Program-made: the position numbers and the translations under genes
Shown here: in pieces, positions 48,214 to 60,919 of the stretch
Layout of the letters: every line of letters begins with the position of its first letter
How positions within the stretch are numbered: the first letter of the stretch is position 1
Notes under the pieces: model-generated
What the model was told of the DNA's origin: nothing
The model's input: the letters and a program-made list of their open reading frames with translations, nothing else
Database searches by the model: none
NCBI RefSeq assembly: GCF_963921235.1
Contig: NC_086097.1
Span: 248,808,001 to 248,872,000, forward strand
Direction: 5' to 3'
Length of the DNA stretch: 64,000 bases
Source of the DNA: Mobula hypostoma
Taxonomy: Eukaryota

Positions 48214-49898
48214 ATCACTGGGAAGCTTTTAAAGGCCAACAGAAGGCAACTAAAAAAGTCGTTAAGAACGTAAAGATGGAATACGAAAGTAAGCTAGCTC
48301 CTTCAGATACATAAGGTGTAAAAGAGAGGTGAGAGGGGATGTCGGGCTGCTGGAAAACGATGCTGGAGATGTAGTAATGGGGGAGAGTGAAATAGTGGAC
48401 TTACTGGATAAGTATTTTGCGTCAGTTTTCACTGTGGAAGACACTAGCAGTATGGTGGAAGTTCCAGGTGTCAGAGGTCATGAAGTATGTGAGGTTACCA
48501 TAGAAGGTTCTTGGGGAAACTGAAAACTCTGGTGGCAGTTAAGTCACCTGGACCAGGTGGTGTACACTCCAGGGTTCTGAAGGAGGTGTTTTGAAGAGAC
48601 CGTAGAGGCAATAGTAATGATCTTTCAAGAATCACTAGATTCTGACATCGTTCTGGAAGACTGGAAAATCGCAATGTCGCTCCACTCTTCAAGAAGGCAG
48701 AGAGGCAGAAGAAAGGAAACTGTAAGCGAGTTAGTCTGACCTCAGTGGTTGGGAAGATGTTGGAGTTGATTATTAAGGATGGAGATCTCAGGGTACTTGG
48801 AGACACATGATAAAATAGGCCATGGTCAGCGTGGTTCCCTCAAGGGAAAATCTTGGCTAGCAAATCTGTTGGAATTCTTTGAAGCAATAGCAAGCAGGAT
48901 AGACAGAGGAGAATTGGTTGATCTTGTGTACTTGGATTTTCAGAAGGCCTTTGGCAAGGAGCCACCCCTGAGGCTGCTTAACAGGCTATGAGCCCATGGT
49001 ATTACAAGAAAGATTCTAGCATGGATAAAGCAGTGGCTTATCGCCAGGAGGCAGAGTGGGAATAAAGGGAGCCTTTTCTGGCTGGCTGCCAGTGACTAGT
49101 GGTGTTCCACAGGGGTCTGTGTTGGGACCAAATCTTTTTACGTCATATGTCAATGATTTGGATGATGGAATTGATGGCTTTGTTGCAAAGTTTGCAGACC
49201 ATGTGAAGATAGGTGGAGGGGCAGGTAATTTTGAGGAAGTAGAGAGGCCACAGAAGGACTTAGACAGATTAGCAGAATGAGCAAAGAAATAGCAGATGGA
49301 ATACAATGTCGGGTAGAAGAAATGACAGGATTGACTATTTTCTAAGTGGAGAGAAAATGCAAAACAACTGAGGGGCAAGGAGGCTTGGAAGTCCTTGTGC
49401 AAAATTTGCTGAAGGTTAATTTGCAAGTTGAGTCTGTAGTGAGGGAGGGAAATGTGATGCTGTCGTTCATTTCAAGAGGACTAGAACATAAAAGCAAGGA
49501 TGTAAATCTGAGACTTTATAAAGCACTGGTGAGGCCTCACTTGGAGTATTATGAGAAATTTTGGGTCCCTTATTGAATGGTGAAAGGCCCTGATAGAGTG
49601 GATGTGGAGAGGATGTTTCCTATGGTGGGAGTGTCTAAGACCAGAGGGCACAGCCTCAGATTAGAGGGGTGTCCTTTTAGAATGGAGATGAGGAGCAATT
49701 TCTTTATCCAGAGAGTGGTGAATCTGTGGAATTCTTTGCCACAGGCAGCTGTGGAGGCCAAATCTTTGGGTATATTTAAAGCAGAGGTTCTTGATTGGCC
49801 AGTGTGTGAAAAGGAAAATTGGATCAGCCATGATGAGATGGTGAAGCAGACTCGATGGGCCAAATGGCCTAATTCTGCTCCTATATCTTATGGTCTTA
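48214..49898 (+). mobile_element. CR1, decayed, inserted in a LINE tail
   Basis: YFASVFTVED, DLVYLDFQKAF, SGVPQGSVLGPNLF, KFADH, TRGHSL; host tail 48060-48213 continues at about 49900 (ATAAGATAG/ATAAAATAG). Confidence 0.88.
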
Positions 49899-50719
49899 TA
49901 AAATAGCTTATATACATAGATTTTTTTTGAATGTCCATAAAGTGACACTAGGCCCAGGAGTGTCTATACATAAGGTGACTGAGCAGAAATGATAAAGTAG
50001 CGGTGGTTGGGGGTGTGGAGGGGTGGGTTATTGGGTGGAGGTGTTGATCAGCCTTACTGCTTGGGGAAAGTAACTGTGAGTCTGGTGGTCCTGGTGTGGA
50101 TGCTACATAGCCTCCTCCCTGATGGGAGTGGGACAAACAGCTGTTTGAGTATCTGTGATGATTTACTTTAGCCGACTGACACTGAAGAGAGAAAGAGTTA
50201 ATATTTCAGGAGAATGATCCCTCATCGGCTGTTCCAGCTTCCTGCCTCTCCAACCACATTTAATATCTCTGTCCAAGTTATAAGCAGCATTCATAAAAGT
50301 CCAGAACAATTCTCATGTGCCACTTTGTTTCAAAGGGGTTATACATTTCAGTCGAGGTAACTGAGACTGTCTTTACGCTGTGAACTACTCTGCCTTTTTC
50401 TCCAATTTCCCCCCAGAGCAGACAAAGCTGACCTATGTCTCTGCTTCACCCTCTCGTTTCACAAGTGGTGTTTGAAAAGAGGGTGGTGGCCGTCTGTGTA
50501 CGGTATATGTCTCTGAGTCTTAACACTGACTCCATTGAACCAGAAGGGAAAGTCTTGCAGAAATCCTTATACCCGAAGACTGAAAGGGCTAATCAGTGGA
50601 CGCAAAGAAAATGAGTTCCACTGCATAAACTTGTTGCTTTATATAGAATTTATTCATTTGCTGAGAGAAAAATTGCCTGTGTAAATAGCTGTGATGCTCA
50701 TTAACACCTTTTACACTAT

Positions 50720-51170
50720 AACACCATAGGAGCAGAATTAGGTCTTTCATCCCATTGAATCTGCTGTGCCATTCCATCAAGAGAAATTTATCGTCCCTGT
50801 CAACCCCATTCTTCTATCTTCTCCCTGTAATATTTAATGCTCTGACTTATCGAAAACTTCTGCTTAAATGCACTCAATGGCTTGGCCTTTCAGCTGTCTT
50901 TGGCAACGAATTCCACAGATACACCACCCTCTGGCTAAAGAAATTCTTCCACATCCCTGTTCTAAAGGAACATCCTTCTATTCTGAAGCTGTCCCCTCTG
51001 GTCCTAGATTCCCCCATTATAGGAAACATCCTCTTTACATCCACTCTATCTGCACTTTTCAATTTTCGATAGGTTTTTAATGAGATTCCCCCTCATTCAT
51101 CTAAACTCCAGCGATTATGGGTCCAGAGCCATCAAACAATCCTCATATGGTAATCCTTTCACTCCTGGAA
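50720..51170 (-). mobile_element. CR1 3' end
   Basis: Minus strand RMFPIMGESRTRG...FFSQRVVYLWNSLP. Confidence 0.8.
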
Positions 51171-51740
51171 TGAAAGGGTTAACTTTTATCTCTAGTTGAG
51201 CCTGTCTTCCAGTTTGTGCCCCAATAACTCCTCAGAGATCACGCAAATCGGCACAAAGGGTTGTTTTCCGTCTGTTAAAGAGCTACTAATGGAATTGTAA
51301 TCTGATTGTCATCAGCGACACACTATCATTTTAAAAAGGAATAGAACTCCCTGATTTCCATCCAGAATGTCAGTCTCGTTGACGTTAAGAAGGCATAAAA
51401 AGGTAGAAGGTGAAAGGTCGTATTTTAAGAAACTGCAGCCACTGTAAACTTCTTGTTCCCTCAAACAATGATGCTTTACACAGCAGAAGGGCCAGCAAAG
51501 GAGGGGAAGCAGAACACAGACGCTTGCCAGGAAGAAAACACTCTAAAGAACAAGCTAGAATTCAGACCCTGTGCAACAGGAAAATGGAGACATGTATTTC
51601 TGTGTTTTCCACTAGAGTAAGAGGCAGTTAATAGATGATTAATGGAAAACTGAATATACTAAGAATGTATCTGCATAGTTTGAATCCTGGCTAAGAGCGA
51701 TTCGAGCTTGTGCTAAGTAACGTCAGCGAAAGGCTACATG

Positions 51741-51754
51741 TGGGAGTTGTAGTC
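51741..51754 (-). promoter_or_regulatory. ZNF143/THAP11-type motif (ACTACAnnTCCCA)
   Basis: Minus strand GACTACAACTCCCA in a non-repetitive island; function unproven. Confidence 0.35.
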
Positions 51755-52041
51755 AAAGTGGCAATTCAGATCTGCCAGAAAACAAATTGACTTCAGTTCC
51801 CCAAATGAATGTTTCTCTGCTGGAAAATTTCCGTTCTGTTTCAAACCATCCATACAGCAGCAGACCTGACCCTGCCTTATAGCAGAAAGCAACGTTATCG
51901 GATTTATTAAAGAGTTGTAGAGTACAACAGCACAAATCAGATTCAGGTTTGATATGAGTACGCCACGATGTTTATTGTCTGTTGGCAACAGTACAGTGCA
52001 ATGCATCGAAGATACTTTTATGTGAAATATGTATTTTAAAA

Positions 52042-52180
52042 ACAAACAAGAGAAACTCTGCAGATGCTGGGAGTCCAGAGCAAAGACACACACAAAATGC
52101 TGGAGGAACTCAGCAGGCCAGGCAGCATCTATGGAAAAGGCTGATACTGAGTTCCTCCAGCATTTTGTGTGTGTTGCTTA
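52042..52180. mobile_element. Penelope-derived fold-back element
   Basis: Inverted arms; TATTTTAAAA at 52032-52041 and 52181-52190. Confidence 0.72.
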
Positions 52181-53034
52181 TATTTTAAAAGTAGTGCAAA
52201 AAGAGCAAAAATCTATTTATTTGTTTATTAATGTATTGAGATACAGAACAGAACAGGCCCTTCTGGCCCTTCCTGCCTTGCCACCCAGCAATCCCCCGAC
52301 TTAACACGAGCCTAATTGCAGGACAGTTTACAACGACCAATTAACCTACCAACCAGTATGTCCTTGGACTGTGGGGTGAAACCAGAGCACCCGGAGGAAA
52401 CCCACATGGTCACGATGAGGACGTACAAACTGTAGGGTGTTGTGCTGACCACTACGAGACCCGGCCGCTCCAACTGTGAGGCAGTGTTCATGTCCGTTCA
52501 GAAATCTGATGGCGGAGGGGAAGAAGCTGTTCCTGAAACACTGGGTGTGTGCCTCCCTGAGGATAGCACTGAGAGAGCAAAACAGGTCCTTCAGCCCTTC
52601 TAGTCTGTGCTGTCCTGGACTTCTGCCTATTCCCTTCTACCCGTACCCAGATTGTAGCCCTCCATACCCTTCCCATCAACGTACCTATCCAAGCTTCTCG
52701 TACTGTCCTGTAGTGTTCTATATCCTAATTATCGCAATCGAACCCCTATCTACAACTTCGGCTGGTAGCTTATTCCACACTCACACGGCCCTCTGAGCAA
52801 AGAAGCTCCCACTCACATTCCCCTTAAATACCTTTTCCTTTCAACCTTAACCTATGACCTCTAGTTGCAGTATCATCCAAGCCGAGGGGAAAAGCCCCTT
52901 GTATGATATTTGAAAAGATTAACGACATAGAGACCAGGACACGTTGAGGAAGAAATACTCAGCCACTGTGGGCCACACTGCATTGGTCCATGGCCCAACA
53001 CTGATAGAGCATGGAACGTAGAACACTACCACGA

Positions 53035-53540
53035 GACCATGAGATATAGGAGCAGAATTAGGCTATTTGCTCAGCCAGTATATCATGGCTGATCCATTTT
53101 CCCTCTCAGCCCCAATCTCCTGCCTTCTCACCATATCCCTTCATGCCCTGACTAATAAAGAATCTATCAACCTCTTCCTTAAGTATACCCAAAGACTTGG
53201 CCTCCACAGCTGCCTGTGCAATGAATTCCACAGCTTCACCATTGCTGGCTCAAAGAAATTCCTCTTAACCTCTGGTCTAAACTGATGTCCCTCTAATCTG
53301 AGGCTGTGTCCTGTGGTCTTAGACTTCCCCACCATAGGTAGCATCATTCCTGTTGTGAACCTCCTCTGGACTTTCTCCAGATTCAGCACATTATTTCTTC
53401 GATAAGGAGCACAAAACTGCTCAGAGTACACCCACTATGGTCTGATAGACGTCTTCTAAAGTCTCGGCATTATATCCTTGCTCTTATATCCTAGTCCTCT
53501 CAAAATGAACGCGAACATCGCACTTGCCTTTCTTGCCAAC
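53035..53540 (-). mobile_element. CR1 3' fragment
   Basis: Minus strand LEKVQRRFT...TTGHSLRLEG...LWNSL. Confidence 0.78.
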
Positions 53541-53744
53541 AGTCTCAGTAGAAAAAGACCGCATGCAGTCCTGGTCACCTACCTACAGGAAAGAGATCAA
53601 CAAAAACTTGACAGAGGGCAGACAAAATTGACATGGATGTTGTCAGGACTTGACGACCTGAGTTACACAGAAAGGTTAAGTAGAGCATACTTGTTACATA
53701 CACCTGTTAGGGTGCATTCTCCAGTTACCTTATAAGGTAACCAT

Positions 53745-54107
53745 AGCCTTCAGCCAGGAGCAGATGTCATCAGGTGGTTCCCAACCTTCACCGAGTGTTT
53801 CGACCCTTAACCACGACACTCTCCAGTTGGTGGGCCGGCAGTGGTGGCCAAATCACTGCCCATCTGCTCCTGGCTTCCAGCTTCCCTCCTCTCGCCTACT
53901 CCAAATCCAACAAGAGGCTTGTTCTGCCTCTTCCCCCATCCTACGAGCTGCTTGTTTTTTGCTCCTTTCGTCCAGGCCCAGGTCTGACAACAACCCCGTG
54001 CTGATTTGGCTGGGAAACCTCTGCAGCCGATCTCCACAGAGAAAAACCATGCCTGCCATCCCTCGTCTTTACACTCCTTCAATAAGGGCTGGTACTTCAA
54101 GGCCTTT
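53745..54107 (-). mobile_element. HERO-clade (RLE-type) non-LTR retrotransposon, 3' end
   Basis: KALKYQPLLKECKDEGWQAWFFSVEIGCRGFPAKS, frameshift, LLSDLGL...AARRMGEEAEQASCWIWSRR; stop at 53853. Confidence 0.8.
53767..53821 (-). ncRNA. Rearranged (pseudoknotted) hammerhead-like motif in the HERO 3' UTR
   Basis: GAGUGU-C-GUGGUU-AAGGGUC-GAA-ACACUC-GGUGAAGGUUGGG-AACCAC-CUGAUGA: two perfect 6-bp stems placed exactly around the core nucleotides. Confidence 0.6.
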
Positions 54108-54379
54108 ACAGAACAATACAGCACAGCCCAGACCGTTCAGCTCACAATGTTTTACAGAACTATTAATCTGTTCTGAGATCAATCCAACCCAGTGGCTACC
54201 AGACATTTTTATGCCATGGACCCTTACCATTATCCAAAGGGTCTGTGGACCCCAGCTTGGGAACCACTGATTTAACCCTTCCCTCCTACATAACCCTCCA
54301 CTTATCTGTCATCAGTATGCCTATCTTAAGAGTTTTTTTAAATGCTCCTATTGGATCTGCTTTTACACCCACTTCTTAG

Positions 54380-55428
54380 GCTTAGACTTTATTACCTGGA
54401 ACACAGCGGAATGAGAGGAGATTTGATAAAGGTACACAAAATTATCTGGGGTATAGATAGGGTAAATGCAAGCAGGTTTGTTCCACTGAGGTTGGGTGAG
54501 ACTAGAGCTAGAGGTCATGGGTTAAGAGTGAAAGGTGAAATGTTTAAGAGGAACCTGAGAGGGGGAGCTTCCTCACTTGGAGGGTGGTGTGAGTCTTGAA
54601 TGAGTTGCCAGTGGAAGTGGTAGATAGGGGTTCAATTGTAAAATTTACAAGAAGTTTGGACAGATACTGGGATGGGAGGAGATTGCAGGCATACAGTCTA
54701 AGTGCAGATAGATGGGACTAGGCAGGAGATCAGGTTGGCATGAACTTGATGGTCCAAAGGGCTTGTTTCTGTGCTATAACCGCAGGACAATACAACATAG
54801 ATGATGGAATTAGAGGCTTTGTGGACACTTTGAAGAAAGGTCGAGAGACAGATCGTGTTGAGGGAGCAGAGAGGCTACAGAAGGAGAATGGGCAAAGGAG
54901 TGGCAGATGGAATACAGTGTTGGGAAGTGTATGGTCATGCAATTTCATTGAAGAAATGGAAGCGTGGACTATTGTTAAAATGGAGAGAGAATGCAAAAAT
55001 CTGAGGTGCAAAGGGACTTGGACTCTCTTGTACTGGATTCCCTAAGGGTTAACTTGCAGGATGAGTCTGTGGTGAGGAAAGAAAATGTGATGTTAGCATT
55101 CATTTTGAGAGGATTAGAATATAAAAGCAAGGATGTAATGTTGAAGCTGTATAAGGCACTGGTGAAAATTCACTTGGAGTGTTCTGAACAGATTTGGGCC
55201 CCTTAAGGGATGTGCAGGCATTTGAAAGGGTAGGAGAGGTCAGAAAAATTATTCTGGGAATAAAGAAGTTGTCATATGAGCAGCGATTGATGGCTCTGGG
55301 CCTGCACTTGCTGGGATTTAGAAGAATGAGGGGGACTCTCTTTGAAACCTATTAAATATTGAAAGGCCTGGATAAGAGTGAAGGTGAAGAGAACATTTCC
55401 TTTGGTGGGGGAGTCGAGGACCAGGGCC
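54380..55428 (+). mobile_element. Two adjacent decayed CR1 fragments
   Basis: RGDLIKVHKI...RGHGLRVKG (54380-54780); LYKALVKIHLEC (54795-55428). Confidence 0.78.
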
Positions 55429-57149
55429 CCCTCTGGCAGCTCATTCCATATACACACCACACACTCTGTGTGAAAAAAGTTGTCCCTCAGGACACCTTTA
55501 AGTCTTTCCCCTCACATCCTAAATCTGTGACTCCTAATTTTAGGCTCTCCTACCTAGGATAAAAGACTGTTAGTCACAAGGGATTCGGAAGGTGTTCAGC
55601 AACACACACAAAATCCTAAAGGAACTCAGCAAGCCCGGAGAGAAATAAACAGTTGGCGTTTTGGGCCAAGACGTTGGCTATTTATTTCTCTCCATAGTTA
55701 CGGTCCAATTTGCTGAGTTCCTCTCGCACCTTGTGTGTATCGTTCAAGCTTCACTGCATCTGCAGAACCTCCTGTGGCTTCTGGAGGAAACCCATATGGT
55801 GACAGGGAAAACGTGCAAACCCCACACAGTCAGCGCCGGAAGTCAGTTTCCCTCTTGTTGCTTTCATATGGTCACCATGGTAATGTGGCTGTCAGTGCGA
55901 CACTGTTACATCTCATGGCGTTGGAGTTCGGAGTTCAGAGTTCAATTCTTGTGCCGTCTCTGAGAGCTTCTGTACGTCCTCCCTGTGGAATGTGTGTGTG
56001 TTTTATCCAGGTCCTCCCACAGTCCAAAGACATATGGAGTAGGTATTATTGGTTATTGTAAATTGTCCGGTGACTGGGTTAGAGTTCATGAGGTCTGTCG
56101 GTGGTTATTGGCTCGAAGGGCTAGACACTGTGTCACTAACTAAACAATAAATATAAAAATCTGAGAACATCCGGCCTCCCTCTTGTCCCTCGTATCTGCG
56201 AAACGCTGTCCCATCTTTTTGACCCGACAAATGTGGTTTATCATATTTTTAGTTATTTATTTCGAGATACAGGCCCTTCCGGCCCAACTAGTCCACGCCG
56301 CCCAGTTACACCCAAGTGACCAATTAACCTAGTAACCCGTGCGTCTTTGGAATGCGGGAGGAAACCGCAGCACCCGGGTGAAACCCACGCATTCCACGGG
56401 GCCGGACGCACTGACGGTGGCAGGAATTGATCTTCCGTCATTGCCGCAGTAATTACTGATGAGCAACGGAATGGAGTACAAGACTCTGGCAGCTGTTCCT
56501 GATCCGTTTGCCATTAACCCTCAGGTCAAACCCGCTTATCTCTTACAACAGCAACAACATGTCAGAATCATTGCTTGTAACTCACTCCAGGACCTCCAGC
56601 GCTCTGTGTGTTCTCTCTATCTGCACTCAGGGGCTACTCTACTTGGTGGCTCCTATGACTGACGCCAGTTAGAAACTGCCCGGCAACAGTCTCCTGCCCC
56701 AGTTAAGGGACATACTGACCCAAATAAACAAAGGAAATCCCGACTATTTCCTCAATTATTTCTTGCTCTTCAAGAGCTGTTCCAAGCAAACAGCCGTCCT
56801 GAGGAACCGATGGCCCAGTTAACCGGGATCCACTACATACCCAATGACTTGGCCTCCACTGCTGAGGTGGTGCGAGGTAAAACTGAAAGTGTTACAATTA
56901 CAGAGAGAGTGCAGAGCAGGTAAACAGTAAGGCAGGAGATCATAGTGAGGTCAACAGCCCATGTTATTGTGCCAGGGGAGCCACACAATAGTCTTATAAC
57001 AGGGATCAAAGCTGTCAGGAGTCTGGTAGTATGTGCTCTCAGACATTTGTGTCCTCTGCCTATTGGGAGAAGGCAGAAAAGAGAATGTCATGGGTGGGTG
57101 GGGCCTTCTGTTATGCATGGCATCGTAGGTAGATGGCATCGTAAGGAGA

Positions 57150-58120
57150 GCATTTGGCACTTCATAGACCAAAGTGTTAAATGCAGGAATTGGGATGTTA
57201 TATTGAAAACACTGGTGAGGCCTAATTTGGAGTATTGTGTGCAGTTTTCACTATAGGAAGGATGTGGAAGCATTGGAAAGGGTACAGAGGAGATTTACCA
57301 GGATGCTGCCTGGTTTAGAAAGTATGCATTATGATCAGAGATTAAGGGAGCTAGGGCTTTACTCTTTGGAGAGAAGGAGGATGAGAGGAGACATGATAGA
57401 GGTGTACAAGATAATAAGAAGAATAGATAGAGTGGATAGCCAGCGCCTCTTCCTCAGGGAACCACTGCTCAATACAAGAGGACATGGCTTTAAGGTAAGG
57501 GGTGGGAAGTTCAAGGGGGATATTAGAGGAAGGTTTTTTACTCAGAGAGTGGTTGGTGCGAGGAATGCACTGCCTGAGTCAGTGGTGGAGGCAGATACAC
57601 TGGTGAAGTTTAATAGACTACTAGACAGGTATATGGAGAAATTTAAGGTGGGGGGTTATATGGGAGGCAGGGTTTGAGGGTTGGCACAACATTGTGGGCC
57701 GAAGGGCCTGTACTGTGCTGTACTATTCTATGTTTTGGTCACCTACCTGCAGGAAAGATATGAATAAGATTGAAAGAGCGCTGAGAAAATTTACAAGTAT
57801 GTTGCCAGGACTTTAGGACCTGAATTATAGGAAAAGATTGAACAGTTTAGGACTTCATTCCCTGGAACGTAGGAAAATGAGGGGAGATTTAATCAAGTAT
57901 TCAAAGTTATGAGGGCTTTAGATAAGGTAAATGCAGACAGGCTTTTTCTACTGAGGTAGGAGACTAAAACTAGAGTCAGGGGTTAAGGGTGAAAGGTGAA
58001 ACATTTCAGGGGAACATGGATGGGAGGGGTATGGTTTGGCTGCAGATTGATGTGACTGGGCAGATTGATAGTTCAGCAGGGACTAGATGGGCCGAAGGGC
58101 CTGTTTCTGTGCTGTAGAGT
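57150..58120 (+). mobile_element. Older CR1 3' fragment containing a young CR1 (57249-57731)
   Basis: Insert nearly identical to 2956-3440; host resumes TTGGTCACCTACCTGCAGGAAAG; GTTTT on both sides. Confidence 0.85.
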
Positions 58121-58524
58121 CAAATGACTCTCTGACGCTGTGGAAGTGAAAATGCAGTTTGGACTGAGGCAGAGGGTGGTGCGGATATGGAACGGGAAGT
58201 GGATGCGGGTCCGATTTCAACATTTCAGAAACATTTGGATAAATACAAGGATGGGAGGGGTATGGGTAATGGTTCGGCATGGAGTCTCTGTACATCTTCC
58301 CTGTGGAATGTGTGAGTTTTATCCCGGTCCTCCCACAGTCCAAACCCATACATCCTACTGGTTATAGTAAATTGTCCCGTGATTGGGTTAGAGTTAATGG
58401 GGTTTGTCGGTGGTTATTGGAGAGAGTGTGGAATGAGCTGCCAGTGGAAGTGGTGGATGTGGGTTCAATTTCAACAGTTATGAGGTTTGGATAAGTACAT
58501 CAAAGTCATGAGAGAGTGTACATT

Positions 58525-58935
58525 GGTTCACTGTCCATTCAGAAATCTGATGGCAGTGGGGAAGAAGCTGGTGCTGAAATGCTGAGTGTGCTTTGTCGGG
58601 CCTCTGTACGTCCTTGATCAGAGGAGGGCACGGCCCGGGTGAAGGGGGTCCTTACTGACAGACGCTGCCTTTTTGAGACGTTGTCTTTTGAAGATTTTCT
58701 CGATGCTGGGGAGGTTAGTGCCCACGATGGAGCTGGCTGAGTTTACAACTTGCTGCTGCTTTTTCTGATCCTGTGCAGTGGCCTCTCCGTCCCGGACACC
58801 GATGCAGCCAGTTAGACTGCTCTCCACGGTACATCTATAGAAAGTTGTGAATGTCATTGGTGACGTACCTAGTCTCCTCAAGCTCCTACTGAAATATAGC
58901 CCCAGTCTTTGTAATTGCATCAACGTGTTGGGCCC
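58525..58935 (-). mobile_element. Rex1/Babar fragment
   Basis: Minus strand RSLRRLGTSP...FYRCTVESSLTGCI...KAASVSKDPLHPG. Confidence 0.8.
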
Positions 58936-59340
58936 GGGATACATCCTGGATGGATACGGCTTTTCGTCTCAGTATGTCAGCCATGTTCTTTACCGAGGCA
59001 GTGAGAAGTACAGGCAGACCACTGTTCTGGCCCAGATCTTACATTGTTTAGTGAGTTTTCCTTTGACTTGTTCATGTCAGACAGAAGAAAAGTTTATGTT
59101 ATGCAAGGTAATAGATTATCTACAGGGTGTGTACCCATCCTCAGATACCGGCAGACCAAACTTGGCATTGCTCAGATCAGATTGGTGATTCCAATGCTGT
59201 CAAGTGGGATGTGAGGGACAGAGCTTATGGGATGATCTCCCATGTTATTAGGGTGAAAACATTCACAACAGCGCCAGCGATCACCGATTGCGGTTTGATT
59301 CCTGCCACTGTCTGTAAATAGTTTGTGCGTTCTCCCCGTT

Positions 59341-59732
59341 CATCATCATTACATACCGTGTCGTATGACATCATCATTATGCGCCGTGTTGTTTGACATG
59401 GGCAGTCATCATCTTTCCATGACCATAGTTGTTCTTGCCAAATTTTTCTACAGAAGTGGTTTGCCATTGCCTTCTTCCGGGCAGTGTCTTTACAAGATGG
59501 GTGACCCCAGCCTTTATCAATGCTCTTTGGAGATTATCTACCTGGTGTCAATGGTTGCATAACCAGGACTTGTGATCTGTACCAGCTGCTCCCATGGCTC
59601 CACGAGACCCTGATCGGCAGGGGGAGGGTTTCTAAGCAAGTGCTACACCTTGTCCAAGGGTGACCTGGAGGCTAGTGAAAGGAAGAAGCACCATACTCCT
59701 CCTTTGGTGGAGACGTATCTTCACCCTGCCAC
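59341..59732 (-). mobile_element. Second RTE-tailed non-autonomous family (copy 2)
   Basis: Collinear with 33295-33963; (ATG)n tail, terminal ~28 bp duplicated. Confidence 0.7.
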
Positions 59733-59878
59733 CTGGTTCTCCCCAGGACCACGAGAGTGTCTTCCAAAGGCGTACGGGTTAGGGTCAGTTAATTGTCGGC
59801 ATGGCGACACTTGCAGGCTGCCACCAGCACATCCTCAGATTGTGTTGCTCGTTGAATCAAAATGCATTTCACTCTATA

Positions 59879-60106
59879 AACACAAGAGATTCTGCAGATG
59901 CTGGAAATCCAAAGCAAAACACACAAAGTGCTGGAGGAACTCAGCAGGTCAGGCAACAACTATGGAAAGGAATAAAGAGTCGATTTTTTGGGGCCAAGAC
60001 ACGGCATCAGGAATATCGTGGAGCTGATGAAGGGTCTCGGCCTGAAATGTCGGCTCTTTATTCCTTCCCATAGATGCTGCCCGACCTGCTGAGTTCCTCC
60101 AGCATT
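59879..60106. mobile_element. Penelope-derived fold-back with two opposed hammerhead remnants
   Basis: ...CATCAGG-spacer-GCTGATGAAGGGTCTCGGCCTGAAATGTC...; inverted arms. Confidence 0.78.
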
Positions 60107-60919
60107 TCACTGATTGATTGACGTGCAAGTGACAAATAAAGCCAGCCTTTAATCTTTATCTTCAAATCTCATTACATTTCACTGCCGACTTGTGCAGCCA
60201 CAGGATGTGTTGATTGAGTGGTTATTTACTCTGAAAGCAAAAAGCCAAGATCAACTGTTGGAGCTATTAGGTGTTCACATTTTTAAGCAATGTTTGATTC
60301 TGGTGTCTGTAAATGTTGCTCTTGGCACTTTCAGTGTCAAGTTGAGGAAACATAGGAGATGGGCCAGACTACAAAGAGGGCGTTGCAAATGACGATGACT
60401 TTGTGCCGCAGGGGTCGGCTGCCACCCTGTGATAGACTTCATGACCACGAGCCACAGGACAAAAGAGCAGAATTAGGCCATTCAGTCCATCAAATTCCCA
60501 CATTTCAATCGTGGCCGATTTATTTTCCCTCTAACCCATTTCTCCTGCTTCCTTCGATCCCCTTACAAATCAAGAACCTATCGTCATCCTCTTTTAATAC
60601 AACCAATGACCTGGCCTCCACAGCCGTCTGTGGCGATGAATTCCACAGATTCACCACCCTTCAGCTAGAGAAATTCCTCCTCATCTCTGTTCTGAAGGGG
60701 CACCCTTCTATTCTGAGGCTGTCTGTGCCCTCCGATCCTAGATTCTCCGACTGTTTGAAGCATCTTCTCCCCGTCCGCTCTATGTAAGATGCCAGGCAAA
60801 CCCACGTTATCAAGCAAGTTGGGATAGAAATGGGGGACGGCAAGCTAACAGGCCCTTCGGCCCAAAGTGCCCACGCCACCCAATTATACCCATGTGACCA
60901 ATTAACCTAACCCATATAA

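Noticed and set aside
50417..50502. Candidate exon after a strong polypyrimidine acceptor
   Set aside because: Weak donor, unrecognised peptide, no partner exons
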